The notes below the pieces were generated by a model that was given only the letters and a program-made list of their open reading frames with translations, did no database searches and had not been told where the DNA came from. The position numbers and the translations under genes were made by a program. Shown piece by piece: positions 1-8,412 of a stretch of DNA of 64,000 nucleotides. Source of the stretch: an uncultured Actinomycetes bacterium (GTDB lineage Bacteria; Actinomycetota; UBA4738; HRBIN12); the NCBI GenBank assembly GCA_963780015.1, contig CAWAAO010000009.1, forward strand, positions 907 through 64,906, written 5' to 3'. Every line of letters begins with the position of its first letter. Position 1 is the stretch's first letter.

Positions 1-1221
1 CGAAGCCTGTCCGACCTGATTGTCGGGTACGGCCGACGTCGATGCCGACGACGCGGGTCCGTTCGAGAGGCCGAGTCCGGCCGAGATGGCGACCAACGGC
101 AGGATGAACGCAACGTACTCCCAATCCGATCCGACGAACGCGAGCCACCCGAACCCGACCGCGGCGAGCGCGAAGCCGATGCCGATCGCCTGACGGCTCC
201 CGATCTTGACGGCGATCGGCGTGATGAACGGTGTGATCGCGATCATCACCGCGGCCGCAGGGAGCGTCGCGAGGCCCGCCTTGAGAGCGGTCATGCCGAA
301 CCCACTGGGGTCCTGGAAGTACAGGCTGAGCACGTACATCAGCGCGTTGATCGTGCCGGCGACGATGAGGATCGCGATCGTCGAGCCGACCAGGATGCGG
401 TTCCGCAGGAGCTTGAGGTCGACGAGCGGCGCCGCGACGCGACCCTCCACCCGCACGAATGCGATCGCCCCGACCACCGAGATCACGATGCAGCCGATCG
501 TGCCCGCGGAGAGCCAGCCCCACGAGGCGCCCTCGCTCAGTGCAAGCACGAGCGGCACGAGGATGACGGCGATCAAGATCGTTCCGATGAAATCGATCGA
601 CTGCGAACGGGTCGGATCGCGTGATTCCTGCACTGACCGGATCGTGATCGGGATGCAGGCGGCCGCGACGAGGGCGTCGATCCAGAACAGGCCTTGCCAC
701 CCGGTGCTGTTGACGAGGAGGCCGCCGACCAATGGCCCGGCCGCCGCACCCGCGGCAGAGGCGGCGCCCCAGGTCGTGATCGCCCGCATCTGGCCGGTCC
801 CCGAGGCGCTCACCGACAGCAGGCTCATGCCGCACGCGAGGATCGTCGATCCCGCCGCGCCCTGGATCCACCGGCCGACGACGAACCCGCCGCCGCTTCC
901 CGCAAGGGCGATGAACGCACACGAGATCACGAAGAGCCCGAGACCGGCGAGGAAGACGCGCCGCCGCCCCAGGACGTCGCCGAGCGCGCCCGACGTCACG
1001 ATCGTGGCCGCCCCGACCAGCATGTAGCCCGTCACCGCCCATTGCAGCAGCGAGATCGGCGCGTCGAGATCCTTGCTGATCGCCGGCAGCAGGATCGTCA
1101 CGGCGGACGTGTTCGCATTGACCACGAAGGCGGACACGCACGCGACGATCAGGATGCCGCGGCCGGCGGCCTGGTCCGTTGCGACGGCGGGACCGTTCGT
1201 CACGTCCATGTGGGGCGCCAT
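1..1221 (-). CDS. MFS transporter, DHA2 (EmrB/QacA-like) family; C-terminal part runs off the left edge
   Basis: Absent from the ORF track because there is no stop inside the window. My reverse-complement translation from ATG 1219-1221 reads MAPHMDVTNGPAVATDQAAGRGILIVACVSAFVVNANTSAVTILLPAISKDLDAPISLLQWAVTGYML... and stays open to position 1. This is the typical TM1-TM2 region of DHA2 exporters. The + ORFs 206..1027 and 694..1293 are its antisense shadows. Confidence 0.75.
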   Translation of the reverse strand, partial: MAPHMDVTNGPAVATDQAAGRGILIVACVSAFVVNANTSAVTILLPAISKDLDAPISLLQWAVTGYMLVGAATIVTSGALGDVLGRRRVFLAGLGLFVISCAFIALAGSGGGFVVGRWIQGAAGSTILACGMSLLSVSASGTGQMRAITTWGAASAAGAAAGPLVGGLLVNSTGWQGLFWIDALVAAACIPITIRSVQESRDPTRSQSIDFIGTILIAVILVPLVLALSEGASWGWLSAGTIGCIVISVVGAIAFVRVEGRVAAPLVDLKLLRNRILVGSTIAILIVAGTINALMYVLSLYFQDPSGFGMTALKAGLATLPAAAVMIAITPFITPIAVKIGSRQAIGIGFALAAVGFGWLAFVGSDWEYVAFILPLVAISAGLGLSNGPASSASTSAVPDNQVGQAS

Positions 1222-1302
1222 CTTATTCACCGGGCTGGGGTGCGTGCGTCGAGCCGCCGCTGTGGTAGATACTGCGGCTACTTCTTTCGGTAGGAGGATG
1301 GG

Positions 1303-2637
1303 TTGAGCGAAACCACGACCGCCATCGTCGAGGGCCTGGTCGTCGTCATGGCGATCGTCATGGGTGTTCGCGTCGGCGGCATCGGCTTGGGACTCTGGGG
1401 CGCCGCCGGCACCGCCGTCCTCATCTTCGCCTTCCAGGACACGCCGGGTGATCCGCCCGTCAGCGCCTTCTTCATCATCATCGCGGTGATCACGGCATCG
1501 GCCGCGATGCAAGCGGCGGGCGGCATCGACTGGCTGGTGGGGATCGCGGGACACATCATCCGGCGCAACCCGTCGCGGATCACCTACGTGGCGCCGATCG
1601 TCACGTTCTTTTTCACGATGGGCGCCGGCACGGGGAACATCTACCTCTCGCTGATCCCGGTGATCTACGCGACGTCGTACGAGGCGAAGATCCGACCCGA
1701 GCGGCCCCTGTCGGTTTCGACGATCGCATCCGGGTTCGGGCTCACGGCGTCACCGGTGGCCGCCGCGATGGCCGCGATGCTCGCGCTTGTCACGATCACG
1801 GACAAGAGCTTCACCCTGTCGAACATCCTGATGATCACGATCCCCGCCGGGCTGGCCGGCACACTGGTCGCGGCGTTCGCGATGTCGCGTCACGGGAAGG
1901 ACCTGGACGAGGACGAGGTGTACCGGCAGCGGCTCGCGGATGGCAAGGTGAGTCCGCCGATCCCGCCCGAGGACATCGTGTTGCTGCCCGGCGCCAAGCG
2001 CAGCGCGATCATCTTCCTCGCCGGCGTGGCGTTCATCGTTCTTGCCGGCTTGTTCCCGCAGTTGCGCCCCGACGTGATCCCGACAGACAAGAAGGGCGTG
2101 TTCGATCCGCTCGGCATGAACGAGACGATCCAGCTCGTGATGTTCGTTGTGGCGCTCGTCATCGTGATGTGGAACCACGTGAAGCCGGGCGACGTGGCGA
2201 AGCAGCCGTTGATCGCGTCCGGTCTCGTCGCCGCGATCGCCTTGTTCGGCCTGGCGTGGATGACGGCGACGTACTTGGACGCCAACCCGATCGTGATCTC
2301 GTCGATCGGCGACATCGTGACGGCGCACCCGCTGTTCCTTGCGGTCGCGCTGTTCCTCGTGTGTGCCATGACCACGAGCCAGTCGGCGACGACCAACGCG
2401 ATCGTGCCGATCGGTCTCGCGGCGTTGGCCGTGCCGACCGTTGTGGCGATGTGGCCCTCGCTCGTCGGCTGTTTCATGCTGCCGGCCAACGGCACCCAGC
2501 TCGCTGCGGTCGAGATCGACAAGACGGGGTCGACGCGCCTGACGAACAACCCTCTGGTCCACTCGTTCACGATTCCGGTCTTCACCGGATGGATCGGATC
2601 GCTCGTCGTCGGGCTGATCGTCTCTCGCTTCGTCTAG
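1303..2637 (+). CDS. anaerobic C4-dicarboxylate transporter, DcuA/DcuB family
   Basis: 444-aa all-TM ORF with a TTG start 7 nt after AGGAGG. The translation has the Dcu-family look (GGIGLGLWGAAG..., ...TTSQSATTNAIVPIGLA...). Overlapping - strand ORFs are Arg/His-rich shadows. Confidence 0.8.
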   Translation: MSETTTAIVEGLVVVMAIVMGVRVGGIGLGLWGAAGTAVLIFAFQDTPGDPPVSAFFIIIAVITASAAMQAAGGIDWLVGIAGHIIRRNPSRITYVAPIVTFFFTMGAGTGNIYLSLIPVIYATSYEAKIRPERPLSVSTIASGFGLTASPVAAAMAAMLALVTITDKSFTLSNILMITIPAGLAGTLVAAFAMSRHGKDLDEDEVYRQRLADGKVSPPIPPEDIVLLPGAKRSAIIFLAGVAFIVLAGLFPQLRPDVIPTDKKGVFDPLGMNETIQLVMFVVALVIVMWNHVKPGDVAKQPLIASGLVAAIALFGLAWMTATYLDANPIVISSIGDIVTAHPLFLAVALFLVCAMTTSQSATTNAIVPIGLAALAVPTVVAMWPSLVGCFMLPANGTQLAAVEIDKTGSTRLTNNPLVHSFTIPVFTGWIGSLVVGLIVSRFV

Positions 2638-2696
2638 CGGCGATACTGTCGCGGTGTCCGTGATGGCCATCCACCGAAGAGAACAGGGGATTCTTC

Positions 2697-4053
2697 ATGT
2701 CTGATGTCGATGGGGTTCGCACCGCCGCGAAGGCGATGCTGCCGGACATCCTGCAGCAGCTCGAACGGATGGTGGCCGTCCCGTCGGTCGCGTTCCCGGG
2801 GTATCCGCCCGAGCCCGTCCACGAGATGGCCGCCACCGTGCTCGACCTGTTCCAGGCGGCGGGCATCTCGAACGCGGCGCTCCAGGACGTGCCCGACGGC
2901 TATCCGCCGATCTACGGGGTGCTCGAAGGGCCTCCCGGGTCACCCGTGGTGGTCCTCTACGCGCACTACGACGTCCAGCCGGCACCGCCCGAGCAGGGGT
3001 GGACCTCCGATCCGTGGGTTCCGACGCGCAAGGACGACGGTCGGATCTACGGACGTGGCGCGGCCGACGACAAGGGCGGGCTCGCGATCCATCTGGGGAC
3101 GCTCCGGCACTTCGGTGGCTCGCCACCCTGCACGATCAAGCTGATCGTGGAGGGCATGGAGGAGACGTCGTCGAACCTCGAGCCGTTCGTGGAGGCACAC
3201 CCCGACCTGTTCGCGTGCGACCTGTTCGTCGTGTGCGACATGGGCAACCTTGCGGTCAACGAGCCGACGCTGACCACGACCCTTCGCGGCGACGTCGCGT
3301 GCGTCGTCACCGTGCGCACGCTCGAGCACCCGCTGCACTCGGGCGTCTTCGGCGGTCCCGTTCCCGACGCGATGATGGCGCTCGCCCGGTTGCTCGCGAC
3401 GCTCCACGACGATGCGGGCAACGTCGCCGTCGAAGGTGTGAGCTCGTTCGAATGGGACGGCATGGACTTCAACGAGGACGACCTGCGCGCGGGCGCCGAC
3501 ATGTTGGACGGCGTCGGGACGACCGGCAGCGGCTCGGTCGGGTCGCGACTGTGGTCCCACCCGTCGATCTCGGCGATCGGGATCGACACGACCTCGATCG
3601 ACGGCTCCTCCAACGTGCTCTTGCCACAGGCGCGGGCGAAGCTCTCGATGCGCATCGTGCCGGGCGCCGAGCCGTCCGCCGAGCTCGACGCGCTCGTGCG
3701 GCATCTCGAGACACACGCGCCGTGGGGCGCGACCGTCGAGGTCGAGCGGACGAAGGAAGCTCCACCGTTCCGATGTGAGACGGGTGGACCCGGCTACGCG
3801 GCCGCTCGCATCGGCGATGGAGGAGGCCTTCGGCGCGCCACCCGGCGAGGCCGGCTCCGGTGGGTCGATCCCGTTGCTGCGAACCCTCCAGGGGGTCGCG
3901 CCCGGCGCGGAGTTCATCCTCTGGGGTCCGGAGGACGTGGCGAAGTCGCGGATCCACGCCTCCGACGAGAGCGTCGACCCCGATGAGATCGAACGGATGA
4001 TCGTGGCTCAGATCCGGCTCCTGGAGCACCTCGCGGACGCAAAGACTGGCTGA
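2697..4053 (+). pseudogene. M20 family dipeptidase/metallohydrolase with one +1 frame break near 3795-3812
   Basis: Frame 0 carries LYAHYDVQP, GRGAADDKGG and EGMEETSS (M20 metal-ligand motifs). The conserved C-terminus ...SAMEEAFGAPPGEAGSGGSIPLL...WGPEDVAKSRIHASDESV... continues only in ORF 3775..4053 (frame +1). Confidence 0.8.
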
Positions 4054-4056
4054 GCC

Positions 4057-4221
4057 TTAGACGCGGGTTCGGGTGATGCTCACGATCGCGTTCATCGGGA
4101 TGCGCGCGACCTCGGCGCCCGCGAGGTGGAACACCCAATCCTCGCCGTCGCGTTCGTAGCCATCGGCGATGACCTCGTCGGGGGAGTCGTCGGTGGTCGA
4201 CAGGAGGTAGAGGTTCGGCAT
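4057..4221 (-). CDS. hypothetical small acidic protein (54 aa)
   Basis: Below the ORF-track length cutoff. My translation is MPNLYLLSTTDDSPDEVIADGYERDGEDWVFHLAGAEVARIPMNAIVSITRTRV*. It has almost uniformly G/C third positions like the real genes here, and is co-directional with and 25 nt downstream of ORF 4247..4429. Confidence 0.4.
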   Translation of the reverse strand: MPNLYLLSTTDDSPDEVIADGYERDGEDWVFHLAGAEVARIPMNAIVSITRTRV

Positions 4222-4246
4222 CCGGCGATCGAGGCGGCGCGTCCGG

Positions 4247-4429
4247 CTAGGACGCGGCCTGCTCCCGCTTCTTGGTCGAGGCCACCGCGTACCCGAGCCA
4301 CAGCACGAGCGGGATCAGCATCAGGGCCGTCAGCAGGGCGAAGTAGACGGCGATCTCGGCGATCAGCTGCAGCTTCTGGGGCAGGTGATCCAGCAGGCCG
4401 TTGATGAACTCCTGGCTCGTCGCGAGCAT
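4247..4429 (-). CDS. hypothetical small membrane protein (60 aa, one TM)
   Basis: MLATSQEFINGLLDHLPQKLQLIAEIAVYFALLTALMLIPLVLWLGYAVASTKKREQAAS. The composition is not shadow-like (K, F, I, N, Q present), GC3 is high, and it lies just downstream of the metal transporter on the same strand. Confidence 0.5.
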   Translation of the reverse strand: MLATSQEFINGLLDHLPQKLQLIAEIAVYFALLTALMLIPLVLWLGYAVASTKKREQAAS

Positions 4430-4490
4430 CGTGTCCTCCGGGTCGGGTGCCGCGACATCCTATCGCTCCGTCCGCAGGACGCGAACGACC

Positions 4491-5903
4491 TCAGGCAGTT
4501 GCCGTGCGAGCGACGAGCGCGACCCCCAGCAGGCAGATCCCCGCGGCGCTGAGGACCGGCGCCCACGTCGCGAGCGCCCCCGGCAACCGGCGGCCCATCA
4601 GGTCGCGCACCCGGATCGTGCCGAACCCGACACCCATCAACACGGCGGCGAGTCCCACACCGAAGGCCAGCACGAGCGCCAGGCCGAAGACCAGCCGCCC
4701 GATCGCCACGGCCGCCAGCAGCGCGATCAGCGCCGACGGCGAGGGAAGGATGCCGCCCGACACCGCCAGCGTCGCGAGACCGAAGCGACCGGACCGCGGC
4801 TCGTGCGTGTGGTCGTGGTCGTGCCCGTGCGCGTGTGCGCGGCCGTGCGCGATCGCTCGCGAACGCGTCACGAGGAGGTAGCCGCCGAGGATCGCCACGA
4901 GCCCGCCCGAGGCCAGCGTCGTCCACCGGTACGCGACCTCCGGCGTGAAGGCCTGTCCCGCGGCAAGCACCGTCAGGCCGAGCGCCACGACCGATGCCGT
5001 GTGCATCGCCGAGACCGCGGCACCGACCGCGACGATCTGCCGCGGCCGAACGTCGGTGCCGACGAGATAGGCGGCCATCAGCGTCTTGCCGTGCCCGGGG
5101 CCGAGCGCATGCAGCCCGCCGATCGCGAACGCGGTCGCGAGGGCGAGGAGCCACAGCAGCGGCGACGAACCACCGGTCGTGACGAGGGACGCGAACGCCG
5201 TCGTGAACCGGTCGCCGAACCCTCGAGCGATCGGGGCGGTTGTGAGATCGGTCGCGGGCGCGGCATCCGTGTCCGCAGCCGTGCCCGCCACGATCGAGGC
5301 GCTGCGCTGATCCAGCGGGGAGCTCAACAGGTCGGCCGGGTAGGCGGTCAGGCGACCGCTCGAGCTGGTGGCCGGCACGTCGGAGCGTGCCAGCGTCATG
5401 CCGTCGCCTGCCGCCGTGACCTCGTGCCAGCCGATGCGACCGGGGTCGGCGTCGTCGCGGAACGCGATCGCCGTGCCGGGGCGGATCGTGACCTCGGCGT
5501 GCAGGGAGCATTCGACTCGCAAGGTGGAGAGGCCGCCGGCCCCCGGCGGGAGGGCCAGGGAGCCTGCGGCCGAGGGGTGCAGCGCGATCGCGGTCCCATC
5601 CACCGAGACCGCGAGGTCATCGGCCGCGCCGGCGCACGTGCGCGCCACGTAGGCGGCGGACTCGTCGTCGCCGATCTGTCCGTCGCCGTTGGCGTCGATC
5701 CGCGATCGTTCCTGGAAGGCGGGGATCTCGGCCATGTCGATGACGTGGTCGACGTCGATGCCGTGGGAGCGGATCGCGAGCCCGTCGTAGAGGTTGATCG
5801 TGAAGTTCCCGAGCGGGTGCGCCTGGGCGGCGCCGGCGCCGAGCACGAGGACGCCGCCGAGCACGACGGCGATCGTGGCCAGCCGTACCGTTCGTCGCCG
5901 CAT
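4491..5903 (-). CDS. NicO/RcnA-type nickel/cobalt transporter fused to an N-terminal secreted domain
   Basis: HALGPGHGKT motif, His-rich loop HGRAHAHGHDHDHTHE and multiple TMs. I prefer ATG 5901-5903 (GGGGGGAGG RBS; MRRRTVRLATIAVVLGG...AAQA signal peptide) over the track start at 6050. The mature N-terminus is HPLGNFTIN. Confidence 0.75.
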   Translation of the reverse strand: MRRRTVRLATIAVVLGGVLVLGAGAAQAHPLGNFTINLYDGLAIRSHGIDVDHVIDMAEIPAFQERSRIDANGDGQIGDDESAAYVARTCAGAADDLAVSVDGTAIALHPSAAGSLALPPGAGGLSTLRVECSLHAEVTIRPGTAIAFRDDADPGRIGWHEVTAAGDGMTLARSDVPATSSSGRLTAYPADLLSSPLDQRSASIVAGTAADTDAAPATDLTTAPIARGFGDRFTTAFASLVTTGGSSPLLWLLALATAFAIGGLHALGPGHGKTLMAAYLVGTDVRPRQIVAVGAAVSAMHTASVVALGLTVLAAGQAFTPEVAYRWTTLASGGLVAILGGYLLVTRSRAIAHGRAHAHGHDHDHTHEPRSGRFGLATLAVSGGILPSPSALIALLAAVAIGRLVFGLALVLAFGVGLAAVLMGVGFGTIRVRDLMGRRLPGALATWAPVLSAAGICLLGVALVARTATA

Positions 5904-6055
5904 CGAGCCTCCCCCCGCCGGTGTCGAAGCCGGTTCGCAGGCCACCGGGGGTCGGATCACCGCGGTTGGTCCTTGCCGGGCGCCGGTGACATCATCGTCG
6001 GACCGCTCGGCGCGACGCCGATCCGGGGAGGGGGGAGCTGCGAACCGCATGTGTC

Positions 6056-6706
6056 GTGATCACCGCCGAGTTCCCTCTCGCCCCCCAGCGTTCGCATGCG
6101 CGTATCGTCAGGCTGCCGGAGGCGACCGTGGCCGTCCGTGACATGGACGATGCCCGGGATCGGGAGCTCCTGGGCCGGGTCCGCGACGGCGATCCGACCG
6201 GTGAGGCGTTCCGCACCCTGTTCCGACGCAACGCCGGGGTCGCGAAGGCGGTGGCCCTGCGCATCACGCGGAGCGATCCCTTGGCGGAAGAGGCGGTCCA
6301 GGAGGCGTTCCTGCAACTGTGGCGGGCGCCGGAGCGCTACGACCAGACCCGCAGCACCGTGCGGCGCTGGCTCCTCACGATGGTGCACGGGCGGGCGGTG
6401 GACCTGGTGCGCCGCGAGCAGGCGCACCGGCGGCGTGCCGAGGGTGCGGCCGCGTCGATCGAGGTCGAGCCCGATCACGCCGACGAGGTGGCGACGACGA
6501 TCGATCGCCCGGGCGAGCAGGAGGCGGTGCGCGCCGCGCTGGCCGTGCTGCCCGACGAACAGCGGGCGGTGATCGACCTGATGTACTTCCAGGGCGTGTC
6601 GCAAACCGGCGTGGCCGAACGACTGGGCATCCCGCTGGGCACGGTCAAGTCACGGTCGTTGTTGGCGATGCGCAAGCTGCGCGGCGCCATGGGGACGGAG
6701 CGATGA
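6056..6706 (+). CDS. ECF-type RNA polymerase sigma factor (SigK-like)
   Basis: Sigma-70 region 2 (EAVQEAFLQLWRAPERYD...WLLTMVHGRAVDLVRR) and region 4 HTH (VIDLMYFQGVSQTGVAERLGIPLGTVKSRSLLAMRKLR). An alternative, more typical start is ATG 6143 (MDDARDRELLGRV...). Confidence 0.9.
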   Translation: MITAEFPLAPQRSHARIVRLPEATVAVRDMDDARDRELLGRVRDGDPTGEAFRTLFRRNAGVAKAVALRITRSDPLAEEAVQEAFLQLWRAPERYDQTRSTVRRWLLTMVHGRAVDLVRREQAHRRRAEGAAASIEVEPDHADEVATTIDRPGEQEAVRAALAVLPDEQRAVIDLMYFQGVSQTGVAERLGIPLGTVKSRSLLAMRKLRGAMGTER

Positions 6707-7401
6707 GAGAACACGGCGAGATCGAGGAGCTCCTGGCGCTCGAAGCGATCGGCGGGCTCGAGCCTGCCGACGGCGAGCGCCTGGCCGAGCTCCGCGCCGA
6801 GCACGGACCCGAGTGCGCCGAGTGCGCGGCGCTCGAGGCGGGGTTCCGGGACACGGCCGCCGGGCTCGGCGCCGCGCTCGCGCCGGCGAGGCTCAGCGAC
6901 GATCTGGAGGAGCGAACCGTCGCGGCGGCTCTTGCCGAGCCGCGGTCCGAGCCAACGCCGCGACGCGGACGCTCGATGGCGTGGCTCGCCGTCGCCGCCG
7001 CGATCGTGTTGCTGGCGGTCGGCGCGATCGGCGGGTACCTGGCGGCGCCGAGAAGCTCCGTGGCCGCCTTCATCCAGCAACCCGGCGTCACCCTGGTCCC
7101 GTTCGAGCAGTCGACCGGAGCGGCGGGCACGATGACGCTCGCGATCGGCCCCGACGGCACGGACGCATACGTGATCGGGACGGGGCTCCCGACCCCGCCG
7201 GACGGGCAGGTCTACGAGGTGTGGACGATCGCCGGGGACACCCCGACGTCGCTCGGGTGCGTGGTGCCCAGCGACGGCCACGTCACCGAGAAGGTGCAAG
7301 GGGCGTTCTCGACGGCCGACGTCGCGGCCGTGACCGTTGAGAGCGCGGCGTGTCCATCCGCACCGACCACCGACCCGGTGCAGGTCGCCACCCTTCGCTG
7401 A
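6703..7401 (+). CDS. anti-sigma factor, RskA-like, with ZAS motif
   Basis: ATGA overlap with the sigma gene stop. HGPECAEC fits H-x3-C-x2-C. One TM (WLAVAAAIVLLAVGAIGGYL) and an extracytoplasmic C-domain with ...DGQVYEVWTIAG... as in anti-sigma-K proteins. Confidence 0.8.
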   Translation: MREHGEIEELLALEAIGGLEPADGERLAELRAEHGPECAECAALEAGFRDTAAGLGAALAPARLSDDLEERTVAAALAEPRSEPTPRRGRSMAWLAVAAAIVLLAVGAIGGYLAAPRSSVAAFIQQPGVTLVPFEQSTGAAGTMTLAIGPDGTDAYVIGTGLPTPPDGQVYEVWTIAGDTPTSLGCVVPSDGHVTEKVQGAFSTADVAAVTVESAACPSAPTTDPVQVATLR

Positions 7402-7467
7402 CCGCGGCTTGCGCGCCGTTTCCCTTTCATGGAAGACTCCGCGAGTCCCGGCCTGTCCGGGTCACGA

Positions 7468-7508
7468 GATGGCGGCACGTCGCGGGCACGTGCCGCCATC
7501 TGCATTTC
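7468..7508 (+). terminator. hairpin after the anti-sigma gene
   Basis: GATGGCGGCACG (7468-7479) pairs perfectly with CGTGCCGCCATC (7489-7500) around a 9-nt loop, followed by TGCATTTCC. Confidence 0.45.
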
Positions 7509-7538
7509 CAGCGCCGTTGGTATCGTGACGGCACTCCC

Positions 7539-7610
7539 GGGCGCGTAGCTCAGCGGGAGAGCGCTCGCCTCACACGCGAGAGGTCGCTGGTTCGATCCCA
7601 GCCGCGCCCA
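7539..7610 (+). tRNA. tRNA-Val (anticodon CAC)
   Basis: Folded by hand into a 72-nt cloverleaf: acceptor GGGCGCG/CGCGCCC, D arm GCTC-AGCGGGA-GAGC, anticodon arm CTCGC-CTCACAC-GCGAG, variable AGGTC, T arm GCTGG-TTCGATC-CCAGC, discriminator A. CCA is not encoded. Confidence 0.9.
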
Positions 7611-7627
7611 CTGCTCGCGGAGGTCCG

Positions 7628-8410
7628 ATGTTCCGCCTGACTGACGAACGAATGGGGGATCGCTCGATGTCCATGCAGACGACGGTGCAGCCCGCGGCGC
7701 GTGCCGAAGCGTTGCGCAAGGTCTACGGCACGGGCGGCGCGGCCGTCGAGGCGCTGCGCGGCGTCTCGATCGAGATCGCGGCGGCGGAGTGGACGGCGAT
7801 CATGGGCCCGTCGGGGTCGGGCAAGTCCACGCTCCTGCACATCCTCGCCGGGCTCGACTCGCCCACCGAGGGAAAGGTCTTCATCGGCGACGTCGATCTC
7901 ACGACGCTGAACGACAAGCAGCTGACCCAGTTGCGGCGCGACAAGGTCGGGTTCGTCTTCCAGGCGTTCAACCTGATCCCCACGCTGACCGCGGAGGAGA
8001 ACATCACGCTGCCGCTCGACATCGCGGGCACGTCGGTGGATCGCGCCTGGTTCGACACCGTGGTCGACACGGTCGGGTTGCGCGACCGGCTCGGCCACCG
8101 CCCCTCCGAGCTCTCGGGCGGCCAGCAGCAGCGGGTCGCCGGCGCCCGGGCCCTCGTGTCGCAGCCGGCGATCGTCTTCGCCGACGAGCCCACGGGCAAC
8201 CTCGACTCACGCAGCGGCGCGGAGCTGCTGACGTTCCTGCGAACGGCCGTCGACGACCACGGGCAGACGATCGTGATGGTGACCCACGATGCGCACGCCG
8301 CCGCGCACGCGGATCGGATCGTCTTCCTGGCCGACGGCAACATCGTGGACGAGCTCCGCGAACCGACCGCCGATCGCATCCTGGACCGGCTGAAGGCGAT
8401 GGAGGCCTAG
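7628..8410 (+). CDS. ABC transporter ATP-binding protein (MacB/LolD-like)
   Basis: Walker A GPSGSGKST, Q-loop, signature LSGGQQQRV, Walker B IVFADEPTGNLD, H-loop VTHD. GGAGG lies just upstream of ATG 7628; in-frame alternative starts are at 7652 and 7667. No frame breaks. Confidence 0.9.
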   Translation: MFRLTDERMGDRSMSMQTTVQPAARAEALRKVYGTGGAAVEALRGVSIEIAAAEWTAIMGPSGSGKSTLLHILAGLDSPTEGKVFIGDVDLTTLNDKQLTQLRRDKVGFVFQAFNLIPTLTAEENITLPLDIAGTSVDRAWFDTVVDTVGLRDRLGHRPSELSGGQQQRVAGARALVSQPAIVFADEPTGNLDSRSGAELLTFLRTAVDDHGQTIVMVTHDAHAAAHADRIVFLADGNIVDELREPTADRILDRLKAMEA

Positions 8411-8412
8411 GC

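Noticed and set aside
4363-6059. Long ORFs 4363..5511 (-, 382 aa) and 4401..6059 (+, 552 aa) overlapping the metal transporter
   Set aside because: Their translations are Arg/Pro/Gly/Asp-rich with no motifs. They are off-frame or antisense shadows of the NicO-type gene (4491..5903), kept open by the extreme GC content.
7539-7610. tRNA-Val and the excisionase-like HTH (56943..57161) as signs of an integrated mobile element
   Set aside because: No integrase, recombinase, direct repeat of the tRNA 3' end or phage genes occur anywhere in the window. The genes flanking both features are ordinary chromosomal genes.
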